A model generated the notes under the pieces. That model saw nothing but the letters and a program-made list of their open reading frames with translations. It did no database searches and was not told where the DNA came from. From contig NC_087251.1 in NCBI RefSeq assembly GCF_037042905.1, positions 41,728,001 to 41,792,000 on the forward strand: 64,000 nt of DNA, read 5' to 3'. The translations under genes were made by a program, and so were the position numbers. This stretch comes from Lytechinus pictus. Its lineage: Eukaryota. Numbering within the stretch: the first letter of the stretch is position 1; every line of letters starts with the position of its first letter. Below, one piece after another: positions 37,489 to 52,200 of the stretch.

Positions 37489-37959
37489 ATTAAAAAACGC
37501 GGACGCCCTGATCAAGCAAACGCCCAAGCTGCTCTGACGGAGCTTGAAAAAAAAAACAAGCAAGTGCTTAAACGCACAAGCAAAATGTTCGCTTTATGCA
37601 TACGCTTTTTAGCAATAGCTAAATCGTCAAGGAAATGCTACCAATCAGTTAGTGATGGCTTGAACAAAGCAAAAGCCTTTGCTCGCTCATTTTTATGCAT
37701 ACGGAATCAAGCAAAAGCCAAGCAGAAGCCTAGAAAAAGCAATTACTACTTTTTGTGCAGCATCTTACCCATCGATGGATTCTATATAGTTGAGATTGAT
37801 GGGATTATTTGCAACTCTTTATAAGATGTGACCATGATTTCATTTGCCACTTTCTTACGCTAAATATAGTTTCTCCTTGAAGGAACTTATTTTCATATAG
37901 TATTTCTTGTCTATAGCCAAGGCATTTTGTTACAAACTTTTCGTCCTTCATCATACTAA

Positions 37960-38663
37960 AGGCCCCCTCACACCTAACCGAATCGCCTGAAAAATGCCTT
38001 GCGATGGCTGGCGAAAGGCATCTTTTTTAAATCGTTTTCATTGGTAACTGATAGTAAATCATATTTGCCCTTCGTGTTTGGGTTCGTACACCTTCTGAAC
38101 TAACAGCTGCGATTATTCAAATTCGCGCGGAAATTTGAACATGTTTAAAATTTCCCGACGAATTGAAAAATCGTTGGTAATCTGCTTGAATTCGCATCTC
38201 TTATTTAGTCTGCGGTAATCGTTCGTTTATCGTTCGTGTGTTTTTGTCGCGCATAGTCCCTCTTCGTGCTTTTGCCAAAGTGGACCGATCTCGGAAGAAC
38301 CCGTAACGAAGAAACACGATGACACAACGAACAAGATTGCCTGATCTATTCCCTCGTCTTTGTTTCTATAATCGCACGCCATATCAAACTATTGCTCACT
38401 GTTCCTTCGTCTTATTGGGTTATATCAACCCTTCGCTCGCATTCGGCCGCAATTTTCTCAAAGAGGTGAACCGAAAAATCGATATCCTTTGCATGTCATA
38501 TTTAACGTTAGCTTACCGTTCGTTGATAATATTTGACAATAGTTACTGATCGCATGATTTGATGGAAATTTTATTTGAATTCGTTGAATTCGCGTGCATT
38601 TCGTTCATTTTTCCCATTCGTCACCCTTCGACCGCCTACATTCGGTCAGGTGTGAGGGGGCTT
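37960..38663. mobile_element. PIF/Harbinger-type MITE with TAA TSD
   Basis: TIR A(G/A)GCCCCCTCACACCT(A/G)ACCGAAT; TAA at 37957-37959 and 38664-38666. Confidence 0.9.
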
Positions 38664-39159
38664 TAAGCTATTCAAGTATAGAAATACAAAAATAATATAA
38701 TAGCGTGTCACCGAAATTACATGTTTCCTTGGAAAAAGAAAACGAAATCTTCAAAACATCAAAAAGTCTGCGCATAAAGAACTGTTTTGGTATACATCGA
38801 AATTTGTTAACAAATAGCATGGCAACGGAAACAAAATGCCATTTTAACAATAGAATGAAATTCAATAACAATGTTGCATCTGTCTGGATGGGGGATTGAC
38901 AAACAATGCACCTGCGTTGATGTTGGCACAACTCTCATTAGCATCGAATTGCTTTAGGCATGATTTTGCAAGAAACTAAAAAAATGGGTTTATTAGAAAT
39001 AAAGTGATATTTGGCATTGTAATTGTTGATGTGTCCGTGGGTGTTAATGCGCACGCAAAGGACGAGTCGTGCTAGGTATTCTTTGGAGGATGATAAGGGA
39101 TAACATTGTCTTCAACATTTTATAGACTACCATCTAACTCTCTCTCTCTCCTTCTCTCT

Positions 39160-39440
39160 ATCATCATCATCATTATCATCATCATCATCACCATCATCAT
39201 CATGGTCATCATTACCACCATCATCATCATCATCGTCATTATCATCATCATCATCACCACCACCACCATCTTCATAATCATCATCATCACCACCACCATA
39301 TTCATCATCATCATCATCAAAATAATAATAATAATAATCATCATCATTATCATCAACATCATCATCATCATCATCAACATCATCAACATCATCATCATCA
39401 ACATTATCATCATCTTTGTCGTCGTCATTATTATCATCAT
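39160..39440. repeat. (CAT)n-based microsatellite followed by CT/CA repeats
   Basis: Directly visible; source of the poly-I, poly-M and poly-D ORFs. Confidence 0.95.
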
Positions 39441-42400
39441 CTCTCACTCTGTCAATCATCATCTGTCTGTTTCTCCCTCTTTTTCTCAGACCCCCCTCTT
39501 TCTATCTCTTTCATACACACACACACGAGCGCGCGCGCACCCACATACACACGCTCACCCTCACCCCCACACATACACACACACACAATTATCTCTCTTC
39601 CTGTCTGCCTCACTCCATCTCTCTCTCTTTCTCCTCCGATAACTCCGAATTAAACCCCACCCCAACTAATCTATTGTTCTTTCAATCGTATCTATCATGA
39701 CCTGTGCTCTTTCTTCATATTCCCCCGTGCACACTTTTCTACCACCATTCTCTTAATGTTCTACATTCATTGTGACGTCATATACCATCCCGTCCCCCCT
39801 GGCGTAAGAAACCTCAAAATGTTCTTCAGCTGCAAATATTTTTCTATGCTTCGTGACCAATTATGTACTCGGTATCAAACAATTACGCACGATTCTCTCA
39901 ATGTTTTTCTAGCCTTTAGAATAAAAGTTCGTACATGCATGGCGAACATAATTACTAGAATTGTAGGAAAGACATGTGGCTATTTGGAGTATCATTTTGC
40001 ATGGGAAGTCCTTTCAATAAACGATTAAAATGACACTGTTTCATCCTTGAATAGGTCCATTTAATTGGCTAAATATTATAGTTCTTATCTTTGACATAAT
40101 ATATTCCATATCTATCATTTCCCCTTATCATAAAAGTATACCGCCCTGACGATACTGTGTGCGGATTTTTTTTTAAACCGTGAAATGTCCATTAACTAAA
40201 TATTTAATTTTAATGAAATAAAGAGACCATGGCGTATCTGTGCATTGAAGCAATGTAAGATGCAACAAAGTAATCAAACGATATCGCACATCTTTTTTTT
40301 TCAGATGAGTCTCAATTTTTCACGACGACATTTTTAAACGGATTAAGAAAGCAGTGGTGTGATATTTCGGCTTTTATTAGGCTTGTCCGACCAGTATCTC
40401 CATGGTCTGAATTACAAGATCTAAGTCTAGATACGATCAACAAACTTTGGGTATACAACATTACTCTCTTTCACACCGGAAACACACATTTCACGTCATT
40501 AGGTATACACACATTGCTTTTCTTTAGAGTTTGTTATTCACTCTTACCATGCAAACAAAAATGGCGAACGAAAGGGAAGATGAGAATTATGAAGATGATG
40601 TATTGAAACTGTTGATATTGATTGCATTAAAAAAATAAAACTTGTTGAAATTAACAAAAACAAATAAACAAACAAGCTACGTTACTATAGCACTACATGA
40701 CTTTTCTCCGTTTCCAAATCGCTTTCATACAAAAATCACAGTTCTTTCCCATGGGGTCGGTGGATAGACACCCGGGCAATCAACAGCTCAAGTACCCCTA
40801 TCTCCTCAGAACGTTCTGAAAATCTGCAGAGTGCAAACAGACAAGACATGGATAACAACTAAGCAGTCGCGATAAAACACACAGAATCGGCCATGAGAGT
40901 GAAAACAGAAGGTATCCATTTGCACATTAAGCACTTAGTTTGCTAAGCAAATGATTAAGTGTTTAATTTTTCATTTTCTAGTCCATCCTTCCGCCTCCTG
41001 CATCGAAAAGTCTCTTCAACATTCATGCCAAGCGTCTAGATTGATTCTCTCTAGACGTTGGATAATGACTTGATACTGCGATAATGATATCAGTGACAAA
41101 CAAATCGTTTAGATTATTTACGAAAATTATCTTTAAAAAGTAATGGTTTTGTTTCGTCTATTATACAGACGGTTTGGGCAAGACTTTCATCATATATCCT
41201 GGAATATAGATATAATTTTATTTCATTATATAACGGTAGTTTTGATGATATTTCTAATCAAAGGTATGCTAAATTCTTAAGAATTACGCACACAATAATA
41301 TGAATATTATGAACTTTAACATACACTGATCATGCTGATAAGAACATATAACACACAAATTGATGTATTTTTTAAAGTTGTAAATTGATATAATGATAAT
41401 CAGTAGCTATGAAGTTGCCGGTGAGCATACTCTCATGAAATAATCGTTAAATATTAAACCGTAACATTCTCGGGTTTTATTCGGAATAGATAAAGATAAA
41501 GATTTAAAAAAAACTTTGAAGGTCCGATCGTCATACTTTAATTTGCAAGCAGCATCAGAACAGGAGCACAATACTCGGGGCTAAATTCGCATTTTGTTGT
41601 CTCAAAATCTCAGTTGTAATTAGTTCTCTGTTATAGATATCTTGTTTTAGAGAATATTATCAGGTTACCGATAATCATCCGATATTATGCCACTAATATC
41701 TGACACGGGATGCCGTCTATTGTATCGATCAGCTTGATGTTATAGTAAGACAAAGATTTACTTAATAATACAAATTTTCTCATCCAAGATTCAATGAAAG
41801 TAGAAGCCCCTAAAATGCCTGAAGCTATTTATCATCTTCTTTCAGCATCAGCTTTCTACGACGAACCCGCCATTAATAGATATCCCCCAGCTTACATAAA
41901 GTGATTGTACTTAAAAAAAGCCCGGCAGCCATTCTTGCTATAACCGTCCACTCGAGTCCACTAATTAGTACTCAATTGTCTCTCATCTTTCGTAAGTCCA
42001 GCCTCAAAATTACTTTCGGGATTCTGTTGTTGTATCATAATAGTATCGGATCTTAGAACTCATCCAGGCATTTTAATAAAGCCAAGAAAATATATATTAA
42101 AGTGACGAGCAGAAAAGGTATTAAGTAATTAGCGCATACCTGCTTTGCATCATAAATCCCAACAGCTATATTAATATCCAGGCAAGCCTATGACTTTGTT
42201 ATCGTTAAATCTATTTTAATGAAAAGACTGGTATTTATTGTTGGTCTCCATAAATCTAATTGGGTATCTCTATGGGCCAACTTAGATTAACCTTTATCGG
42301 AGAGTACACAGTTAGGCCTATTTGTATTTTTTCTACTATTTACTATTTAGCAGAAAGAAATCTCAAGTTGAGAAGTCGTTATACCAGAAGAAAAAAAATT

Positions 42401-44521
42401 ATTTCTGTATCGTACATGAAATACATGAAACGCTACAAGCAGTATCAACGTACTGTATTTTTCAAACAAAAATGCTTAAACTTATGCTTGCTTGGAAAAA
42501 GAAATCTTTTACGTGCATGATGATGATGATAATGATAATAATGATATTAATTGTAATAACAATAACCACCAAAACTATCACTATTGATCATGTTGATTGG
42601 TAAGAAATGTTGTGCAATGTGTTAAAATGATAATGGACTTGGTTTACTATGTTAACTGATATGCACTTTTTATTATTAACAAACGTTCTTAAATTCATAA
42701 AGTTATGATCAATTTAAAATATGTGTTGCTGAGTAATTCAACGTTGCTGCTTATTTCTATATATATATTTATTTTTTGGGGGGGAGGGGTCAACTATTGA
42801 AAAACAACAAATAGGTTGATAAAAGGTAAACCAGGTTAATGTGTGTTTGATATTCGGCTATTTCCATCTCTCTCTCTACACCCCCCCTCTCTCTCTCTCA
42901 CGCACACACCCACACATTTCCTTTCTATCTCATCACTCTTTTTTACACGCAATCAATCATACACACATACACACGCATCCTCTTTCTTTCTCATACCCTC
43001 AAACACAATCACAGACACACACACAAACAACCATCACACACATTTTTTTTCAACACATCCACACTGAAAATACTTTGTTTTCACACATCCACACCCTCAC
43101 ACACACGCACACACACACACATACACTCTCTCTATCTCTCTCTCTCACTTTCTCTCTTTCTGCCTTTCTCATATCTTATTAAGTACTTTCTCATGTTTAC
43201 TATTATAAACTACCATCAATTTTCATATTATGACTCTTGAATTAAATAGTAAGAGAAGCCATGACGTATTTTGATAGTCAGTTTAATACGATTTCGTCTT
43301 ATACAGCATCGTGTCACGTAGTCTTTCAAGTTGACACGAAGACTAAAATATATATACATTTACAAACTCAAATCATTTGGGAATGGCGATTTCAAAGTGT
43401 CTTTTTCTTGGAGAAATACCAGTATCCTATGTGAAAATGATACATTTTTCTTGTTCATGACATTTTCTTCATGATATAGGATGATGATGAAAATAATAAT
43501 AATAATAATAATAATAATAGTAATAATAGTATCAATCAATCATACTACTACTACTACTAATATTAATAAATGATCCACCCTCAGTAGAGTTCGACTGAAA
43601 ATACTTTGTTGACTCTTGAAATGAAATCTGTGACATTTCAATATTAATATTATGTGCATTATTTTGTATGGTCTCCCAGCATAAATCGAAGCAGCATTGC
43701 TTCTTGAATGTTCTTCAAGAACATTAAACAAACTCAAGAGGTCTGTATATATTTCTTTATCACACAATTTATATAATGGAATAATTTTGAAATTTAGCAA
43801 ATAAAAAGTCATCGCATACTTCCATTTGTTATATTATTATATAATTATGTCAGGATCCATAAGCGTTCATTGTCATAAATACATTATATGTATTTACAAA
43901 TATATACATACAGTTTTCAACATCTCAGATTAGTAAGATATTTAGAAAACAATGTTATTTACATGTTGATTGTCAAAACGCATTCTTGACCAAATAGTGC
44001 ATTACTACACGTAGGCCTGTACATTTGGAAAAAAAAATCATCTGATAATAATTCAACAATAATAGTCAACGAAAAATGACATCACACACCGTAATAAGTA
44101 CTGCTTCATATCATGTCAGCAGCTAGCATATTTTTAGCAAATGTTTCCGTTTTTAAGATTAAACCTTCCATATTTCTAGTATATTTTGAAACTATTATGA
44201 AGATTAGCATAACCGTATATGAACACATGATTGTCATGCTATCATAAAGCAGTCAGTGGCGTCGCAATGCTCAATGTAACTTTAGTTAGACCACGTGATG
44301 GCGTGCTTGTGGTGGCGCCAATCCAAAGACGGCAGAGAGAGGGCGTTGGGGGAGTAGGTATATATAGAGCAGAGGCAGAGTGTCCGGGTTGGATGCGGGG
44401 AAACTATCAACAAAGTGGGAGAGAGGGGGAGATAAAGGGGAAAAGAAAGAGTGAGAGAGAGGGGGGAGGGGGCACAAACGGACGCAATGATCAAGAGAAA
44501 GATGGAGATAGACTAAGAAAG

Positions 44522-44523
44522 AG

Positions 44524-44578
<55 letters not shown>

Positions 44579-44622
44579 AGGATAGATAGATAGACAGATA
44601 GATAAATAGATAGATAGATAGA
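44522..44622. repeat. (GATA)n microsatellite
   Basis: Directly visible; possibly within a long gsc 3'UTR. Confidence 0.95.
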
Positions 44623-45772
44623 TTGGAGAGAGAGAGAATATGAATAAACAGAGGAATGAATGGAACATTTAACAAAAGGTATACTCTTTCTATATGGAAT
44701 TTATGGAACAATACACATAAAGTGATATTTTCTTTTTTTTATTACGTTTAAGGAATGAGGAATTAAATAACACAGAATTAGAGTTAATATGCACCGTTTT
44801 ATTTGGTCGCTTCAAACCGAGCCCCCCTCTCAAAAAAAAAGAAATTAATAATAAAATGTGGAAATAATAATTATGAGCGCGCCTTGTTTGTTTTTCTCTC
44901 TCTGGCAATGTTTTTTTCATGTAGATGTTTACTTCATTTGATCCTTGCTTCCACCATAAAGCATCCATTTACAGACATGTTTGATTAAAGATTACCTTCT
45001 GTGGAAATGAAAGTCTTACATAATAAGTTGTTTCTTCTGGTAGTAAAGGGTCGCTGCATACCCGTGATTTATGCACGGCGGAACCAATCCGCCTAAATCC
45101 CATCACTTACGGGGATAAAGCTTAAAGGTAGGGGGAGCTCAACCATCATCATGCATTTCTTATGACCCTCTTCACCTTTCAAATCAAAGAACGGGGGTGA
45201 TTACAGATTTTCGAGCTTCGACCTCGAGTGAGAGCTAATCTTGAATAGGTGAAGAATAATATTTCTTCAAGAGGACTTCCGAAAAAAAGAATCCTTCACC
45301 AAAAATACGAATACATTTACATGAGTATATATTTTTTTCGTTACAGAGATACATCATAGACTGGAAAGATACTAACTTAGCAAATTAATACTGAAATAAT
45401 AATTCACATCAAAACAGTCAAAGTGAATCCCATGTTAGACTGTACTATAATAAACGATACATATTGCACATAATATAAGTTGAATACATTGTCAATAGAA
45501 ACTCACATTCCCCTGCATTGCAAAATATAATAATGAAATAGACTTTGCTAACGTAAAGTCAGTTAAGAAAGTGATTTGAAACTATATACCTCAATCTGTT
45601 AATTTTGTTTCTCTCCAACACAGAACGATGAGAAAGAGAGAGTGTGTGTGGCTGTATCATGCAGTTCACCAAAACAAATTATCATCTGAATACGAGAAGA
45701 AAGTCAGTCGATGTCATTCAAAATGACAAAATTCAAAATATGTTATTTATACAGAAGTAGATTAACGTTTCA

Positions 45773-46168
45773 TCAATGTCTTGGAGAGGTTGAGGGTGAA
45801 CGGGATAGCGAGAGGGGGCTAGACCGAGTGCTTCCCGATGGAGAGTCCATGTCTAGCCCGTCAGAATCCGACTCATCGTCCGCTGAATGATGCCTCATGA
45901 AAGGGTTTGTACTGTCCCGTCTTTGCGCGGGTTCCCCGGGGTAGTGTCCCGTAGCGAGCCGGCTGGCTTCGTTCAGTGACGGTGGCAGCATAGATTCGTG
46001 ATCATGTTGTGACGATGTTGGGATACTTGAAGTGGTAGTAGTAGATGATGTGGTTTTCTCTGATTTCGACCCGTACTCGGTCTTATAAGCCTCACAAGCC
46101 CTCTTTGCAGCCTCCTGTTGTTCTCTCTTCTGTTTCCTCCATTTAGCTCGACGATTCTTAAACCAAAC
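45773..46168 (-). CDS. gsc: goosecoid exon 3 ([12 protein letters not shown]...STSPRH*)
   Basis: attcag|GTTTGGTTTAAGAATCGTCGA..., open to TGA ending at 45773. Confidence 0.95.
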   Translation of the reverse strand, partial: VWFKNRRAKWRKQKREQQEAAKRACEAYKTEYGSKSEKTTSSTTTTSSIPTSSQHDHESMLPPSLNEASRLATGHYPGEPAQRRDSTNPFMRHHSADDESDSDGLDMDSPSGSTRSSPLSLSRSPSTSPRH

Positions 46169-49100
46169 CTGAATAGAAATATAATATGAAAAAGAAATGA
46201 GAAATTTAAAACCTTGGAAAATAGATTTACATAGCAGATCGTCTTTTTTGCCCCCTATACTATACTTTCTGACATCGCCTTTTTGTGTGTGTCCATATTG
46301 TTTTTGTATGATAGCGGAGCGTTAATTTCTTCAAAAATAATACAGACATAGTTATGCTAGTATGAGTTACCAAGGGTAGCAACTTTAGTTTTAGAAAACT
46401 GCTCTACCATCAGCGGGTATATACCTCAAATCAAAATCAATTTATTTCCTTCCCAATCTGAATGCTGAGCGCCAAGCTATAGAAGGCAGAAGTTCCCATT
46501 TTTTCCCTTACATAACAGGTACTTATATAGCGCTTTACCAAAAATATGATAAAAGCGCTTATCTCCCCCCCTCCAACCGATATATCAGTATCGGCGCTAT
46601 TCGTCATACCCATTAGCAATATTCTGATCACCAATTATCCACACATTTTGGAAGGAATGTAGAGTTTTTATTTCGTTAATATCATAATGAATGTGTGATT
46701 TATATTAAAAGATCTATCAAACTCTTGCTTTGACCTAAAACTTCCGTGTTAAGGCCTGTTTTTCCAACCTATATACGTCCGTGATTTTGCAATATTATTA
46801 CCGCCCCTTCATTAAGTGACATCCCATAATTTACCTCAAACTGCTGGGTACGAACATGCAATATTGATTTCTTTAAAACAAAGCTAGCAGTTTTACTAAA
46901 TCATTCTATAACTATTTTGCTGAAAATATCTGATGTATTACATCGCATCCGTTGATAAGAAGTCGTATTGCTATGTGTTAATGACACTAAGGGGTGTTGC
47001 AAAAATATCTGCAATCAATTGAAAATGTATTATGTAAATTTAGCATTGTTATACAAATTATAACTAGAGTAAATTGCTCTTAACCGCTTATTGTCAGAAG
47101 GACTCCATTTATTGGACCCAACTTGTTTCTTATTATGCTCAATTATTAGTGAAATTATTATAAAAAGCAAAAGTCATAGTTTTAAACAGCTAACAATATT
47201 TTGGATTATATCAAGATCCCGCTGAATATCTCGTTACCTCACAATTTGTCAATATAGACTTTTGATTTATCGATAAATATCCAATTATCCAATTCTCATA
47301 AATAAAGGTTAAAACACAACATGTTTTTTTTCAATAAGGAATTATAGTCATGATATTGTAAAGTTTGTAATCACCATTTCATTATTTTAATAACTTCTAT
47401 CAAATTTAGAGAATGCAACTCAGGGCCTAACAGGGCATATTTATTTTCATCATAGTGAATGATGAGTAAGGGAGTGGCGGCCTCTTATTATCAGGGCTTA
47501 TTTAAAAGTAAGTCATGAATACCCTTCTTCTATAGCAAAGGGGGGTTCCCTACAAAAGCAGGGGGTCCCGGCAAAAAGCCGGGAAAAGTTTGCTCTGTAT
47601 TGCTATCAACTCGCTTTTCCATTTATTCATTTCTTGTATAACTCTTCAATAATCTAAAAACAAACGCGATATGAAAAAAAATTCCCATCCCTTCTTTAAT
47701 ATTTAAATTTTGAAATGATTTTGTAAATATTGCCCACCAATTTCTTACCGTATGCCCTGGATAGAATGAGACATACTTGAAGATTAAAGGATTTAAAATA
47801 TGTTTATCCGCTAAGTCTGCTGCATATAATATTATGATAGAAGAACACGCCATAATCTCGCTTCAACATGCAAATTCATGATTAGTGTTTATTTGGGCAA
47901 ACCTGAAGAAAATCCCGAAAATAAGACATGGCGTTTTTTCTCCCCCGCTCGTTTCAATAGATGCTAAAAGCTCTGGGAGCTTTCTTCGTACTAATCTTCA
48001 TTTCTGAATACTTATCTGTGATTTTACTCATAGCTGTCTTTTGATGGTTAGTTTATACGAGTATTGAAAACACCCGATATTAACCCAAAATCAGTGTTTC
48101 TTTTAAAGTTTCCCTCCGGGAAGAAGATGGGTTCTCAGATAAAGATACTTAGGATTGAAGGATTATCATACTTCTCCATCTTTTATGAATATTCTTCTCG
48201 AGTACATCATCAAATATTTTGTCATTTCTTTCGCGCAAGGTGTAATCACCAAACGACATTCAGCCTTTTCAAAAGAGTATAGGCCCGATATATTTTGCTA
48301 ATATTTCATAGTGAATGGAAATATCCCAATACTAAGCAAACAGTTATTACAGAACATGGTAGTCATTGTGGTCTTTAACACTAACAGAGTCTTGTAAACA
48401 TGCGACCTTAGCTATTTTTCATTCTGACAAGTCAACTTTTATCGGGGTTTTTATCTCAATGATATTACACTCTAGATTTCATGGATTCAAATCAAATAGC
48501 GATCAGATAGTGACTACTAATATAAGCTCTAGGTTAGGACTTACATTTTCAAAGATTCGAATATAAATAGTTTGAGATTTAAAAATAAATCCCATTAACT
48601 AAGGGTGTAAAGATACTAACGGAGAAGTGTAAATCATAGGTGAAAATGTTTTAATTGCCTTAATAATTATATCTGTCATTCTGCAACGATTGTGACTTTT
48701 TGTTCAGAGTGAACACGGAACTTATGGTGGTTTAGTGGTAGAGCGCCCGCCTCATTAACGGATGGTCGTGGGTTCGATCCCCGGCCGAGTGTGTGTGTCA
48801 TACCAAAGACCTTTTAAAGGGACCTTCTACATTATTTATACTTCAGAAAGGAAATAATAACTCATTATGCAGGGATCACTCGAAGATCAGATAATGGCTG
48901 GAGAAGTTTATCATAGTGAAATATGAGTTGTCATTAATACTTTATTCAGATAGATTTAAATCATTCTCTATAATTCATTCATAGGAATATGCATTCGTAA
49001 TCTAATACCAAACTTAAGTTATTTCTGAACGATATATTATTTGACGTATGAGCCTACATTTTGTTAGTTAGCTGTCACATCAATCACACACATTCCATAC

Positions 49101-49236
49101 CCATCCACTCACCCTCACCCTCACTTATACACACACATCCCCACACACCGTCAAACTCACGTACATACACATTCTCACACAATCTCACCCTTACCTATAC
49201 ACACCCTCACGCTTACTTTCATACACACCCCCACTC

Positions 49237-49271
<35 letters not shown>

Positions 49272-52200
49272 AAAACTCCAGTGTTAATTTAACACCAGCC
49301 CGGAATCTATATATGTCCACACCAGAGAAGTGTTAAACAACACTGACCAGTTTGGTTTTGGTATAACACCAGATAGGTGTTTATACGACACCAATTATAA
49401 TCAAAACAGCATCGGTTTTATTCCAAACTGGTGTTGTTTCAATACTTCTCTGGTGAGGACATATGCAGATTCCGGGCTGGTGTTAAATGAACACCAGAGT
49501 TTTGCAGTGCACCCACACGCCCGTTGGTAATTCATACCTCCACTCGTTCCTCTTTAAGGTCGACCTTGATGGCGAGTTCTTCCCTCAACATGACATCAGG
49601 ATAGTGGGTTTTCTCGAAGGTAGCCTCCAGTTGCTCCAGTTGCTCTTCGGTGAAGATGGTCCTATGCCTTCGTTTTCTCTTCTGATTGCGAGCCAAAAGG
49701 TCCATATGGGGGTAGGCAGTGTATGCATGGTAAGCAGCTGATGACAAAATCAAAAGAAAAGAATACATCTTTCATTATTTCTGTTGCTGAAAAATATCGT
49801 ATTTGTGGGAGAATATTGTGAATTTTATAAACATTGGCTTAATTTTTATTTTCATTTTAAAAAAAAAAGGAAAACTTTATTATGATAAATGTTGTTTTTA
49901 ATTCGTATTTTAGCTGTGAAATTGTTTTGTTATAACAATATTTGTCTTTTGCAATTGTTGATGATTTTAGTGAAACTGATTAGGCAGATGAGAGAAAGAT
50001 AGTTAAATTCAGATATCTATTTATAGTAATAAATAAAAATAGAACAATATGCCACCGAACCTTTGATTTCTTGATCATGCTGGTGGAAACTTTTAAGATC
50101 TAGCAGGAAAATGAACGACGTATGGCAATAGTAGAGTAGCAGTTTTGTCCTTGTTTGAATGATGTCGTATTGTTTTAATAATTATACTAAAGTAGTGGAC
50201 CGCTCTATTGAACGCTAATTGGTAACTTCACTTCTACTTATGCAACTAACAACCAGTTTATGTTTTTAAATGTGTTCGTATAAACTCCTTTCAAATTCCA
50301 GACCCAAACGAGTTTTAAAATGGTGAAATATCTAACTGTTTGAGAGATGCCACACCGACGAGGTGCGTACATCTGAAATTTGCCATGATATATGAATGTA
50401 ATTTAGTACGTTGTTGAGATTAATCTTATCAGTACAAGCAGACTAGCATATGCTAGCTTGATAATCAAATGAATTAAAGAATGATCGATGGCTCATCTCA
50501 TCCATCAATGTCACGTGATCAGGGACAACTTGGTAATGTGGAGATTAAAACAAAAAGAGTGTTGAGAGTTTATCCTACAATGAACTTACTTGGGAAGGAC
50601 TTTGAAACTCCCCCTCCCCCCCCCCCCATTCTTGCGCGATGTTGCAGTATAAAGTTTTAAATAGTGAATAATCGCACTCGATCGTGTCGATTTTGTGAGA
50701 TTTTGGTCCCTCTATAGGGTGGGGAGGAGCTGACGCTCTCCCATGTGATGTACAAAATTAGATATCCGAGGGTGTGCATTCGACATGATAAGATTTTTTT
50801 TTAACTTAAACATATTAAGCCGATATTGTTTCATTCTTTTTTTCCCTCTAAGATTCATCATTACTAATAATACTTTTAAATCGGGGGGGGGGGGTGCCCC
50901 CATATGTTCCCGAAATATTACAACCTTTTATTCCTCAAATATGTTAAGTACTGTGTGATAATACACCACCAAACGTGCAAAGGACATGTAATGCCTTTTG
51001 TTACGCATGTAGCTTGTACTTAACGAAATATATTTTAGGAAGATTGGATACAAAGGTTTAACTCCTTATACCAGTTGTAATCTGCTAATTCTCTTGTCAG
51101 ATTTCTAAAAAATATCCGTTTTGGTTTGATGTAATCTGTAAATCTTCTTGTTAGAATTAACTAATCCTGAAATGAGCTTTTAAACCGCTTTGTGTAAAAC
51201 CCGAGATTTTAGCGAACGAAATCTTATTAGGTAAAAAGTTTCAAATAATTCTTTACTTATTCTCTTTGGAAAATGTCGGCCCCTTCTTGCCAAATTGGAC
51301 TGTTTAAACAATTTAACAGTATGAATGTTGTTCTGTCGTCCTTCCGGATTTCATTAAAATTTAAATAATTACAGATTAACATGTAGTTGATATAATTATT
51401 CTTTCAGAATGTGATTAATAGATTCCATATTGAAAATCAACGAGGATTGAGTTTTGATATATTTCAATTAAAATTATGTTGGCTTCTTCGAAGGTCCTGT
51501 GCAATAACAGGACCGTATAACACTTTAAGTATTCATTGGGAGAGGGAAATAAAAATCATCAAATTAACTTCGCATTATGCACTCTCCGTTCCATATGAAA
51601 TGTTACCGAAATGAAAACTTAAGGGTAATGTGATTTTATTTCAAGAAGATGAAAGAAGAAGTACAGTAGCAGAAGTACAATAAACACCACCAAGAACAAA
51701 ACATTATTTTAAAGACGAAATGAAAACTGAAAGAGAAGAAGAGTGAGATGTATAAGGGGTAAAAGAGAAAAAAAGAATGTTGGGTTCTCAGAGTCAAATC
51801 GTTGAATACAGAAAAGGGGGCCGATTTAGGTTAATGGTTTTAAAAGATTGGTTATTAAAAGCCGAGATGAAATGACAACCCCTCTTCAAAAGAGTATTTC
51901 AATCGGATTAAAGTTCTCTTTCTCTTGGAAGAATGGTCATCGTGACCTCTTCTCTCTCTCTCTCATTTCAACCACAATTAGCTCAGGACGTTGGCCTCTT
52001 GACATCCAAACAAGGTGCTACTGTAATATTCATCACATCAATTTATGAAATTGAGATTAACCCTCATGACGTAATCCTTTTCCTAACCCTCATAATTAGC
52101 CAGAGAATTGGGTTATTGATTTGTAGAATGTTTTGCGGTTTTTGGGGGCCATCTCTGACCAGACCTCACCCCCAACATGGTCCGGTCGTTTTACACTGTA

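Noticed and set aside
37432..37824. 130-aa ORF
   Set aside because: Starts inside a MITE TIR and runs through repeat-like sequence; no domain recognised.
39106..39700. Poly-Ile, poly-Met and poly-Asp ORFs
   Set aside because: Translations of the (CAT)n microsatellite.
44231..44711. ORFs with IYLS repeats
   Set aside because: Derived from (GATA)n and GA-rich tracts.
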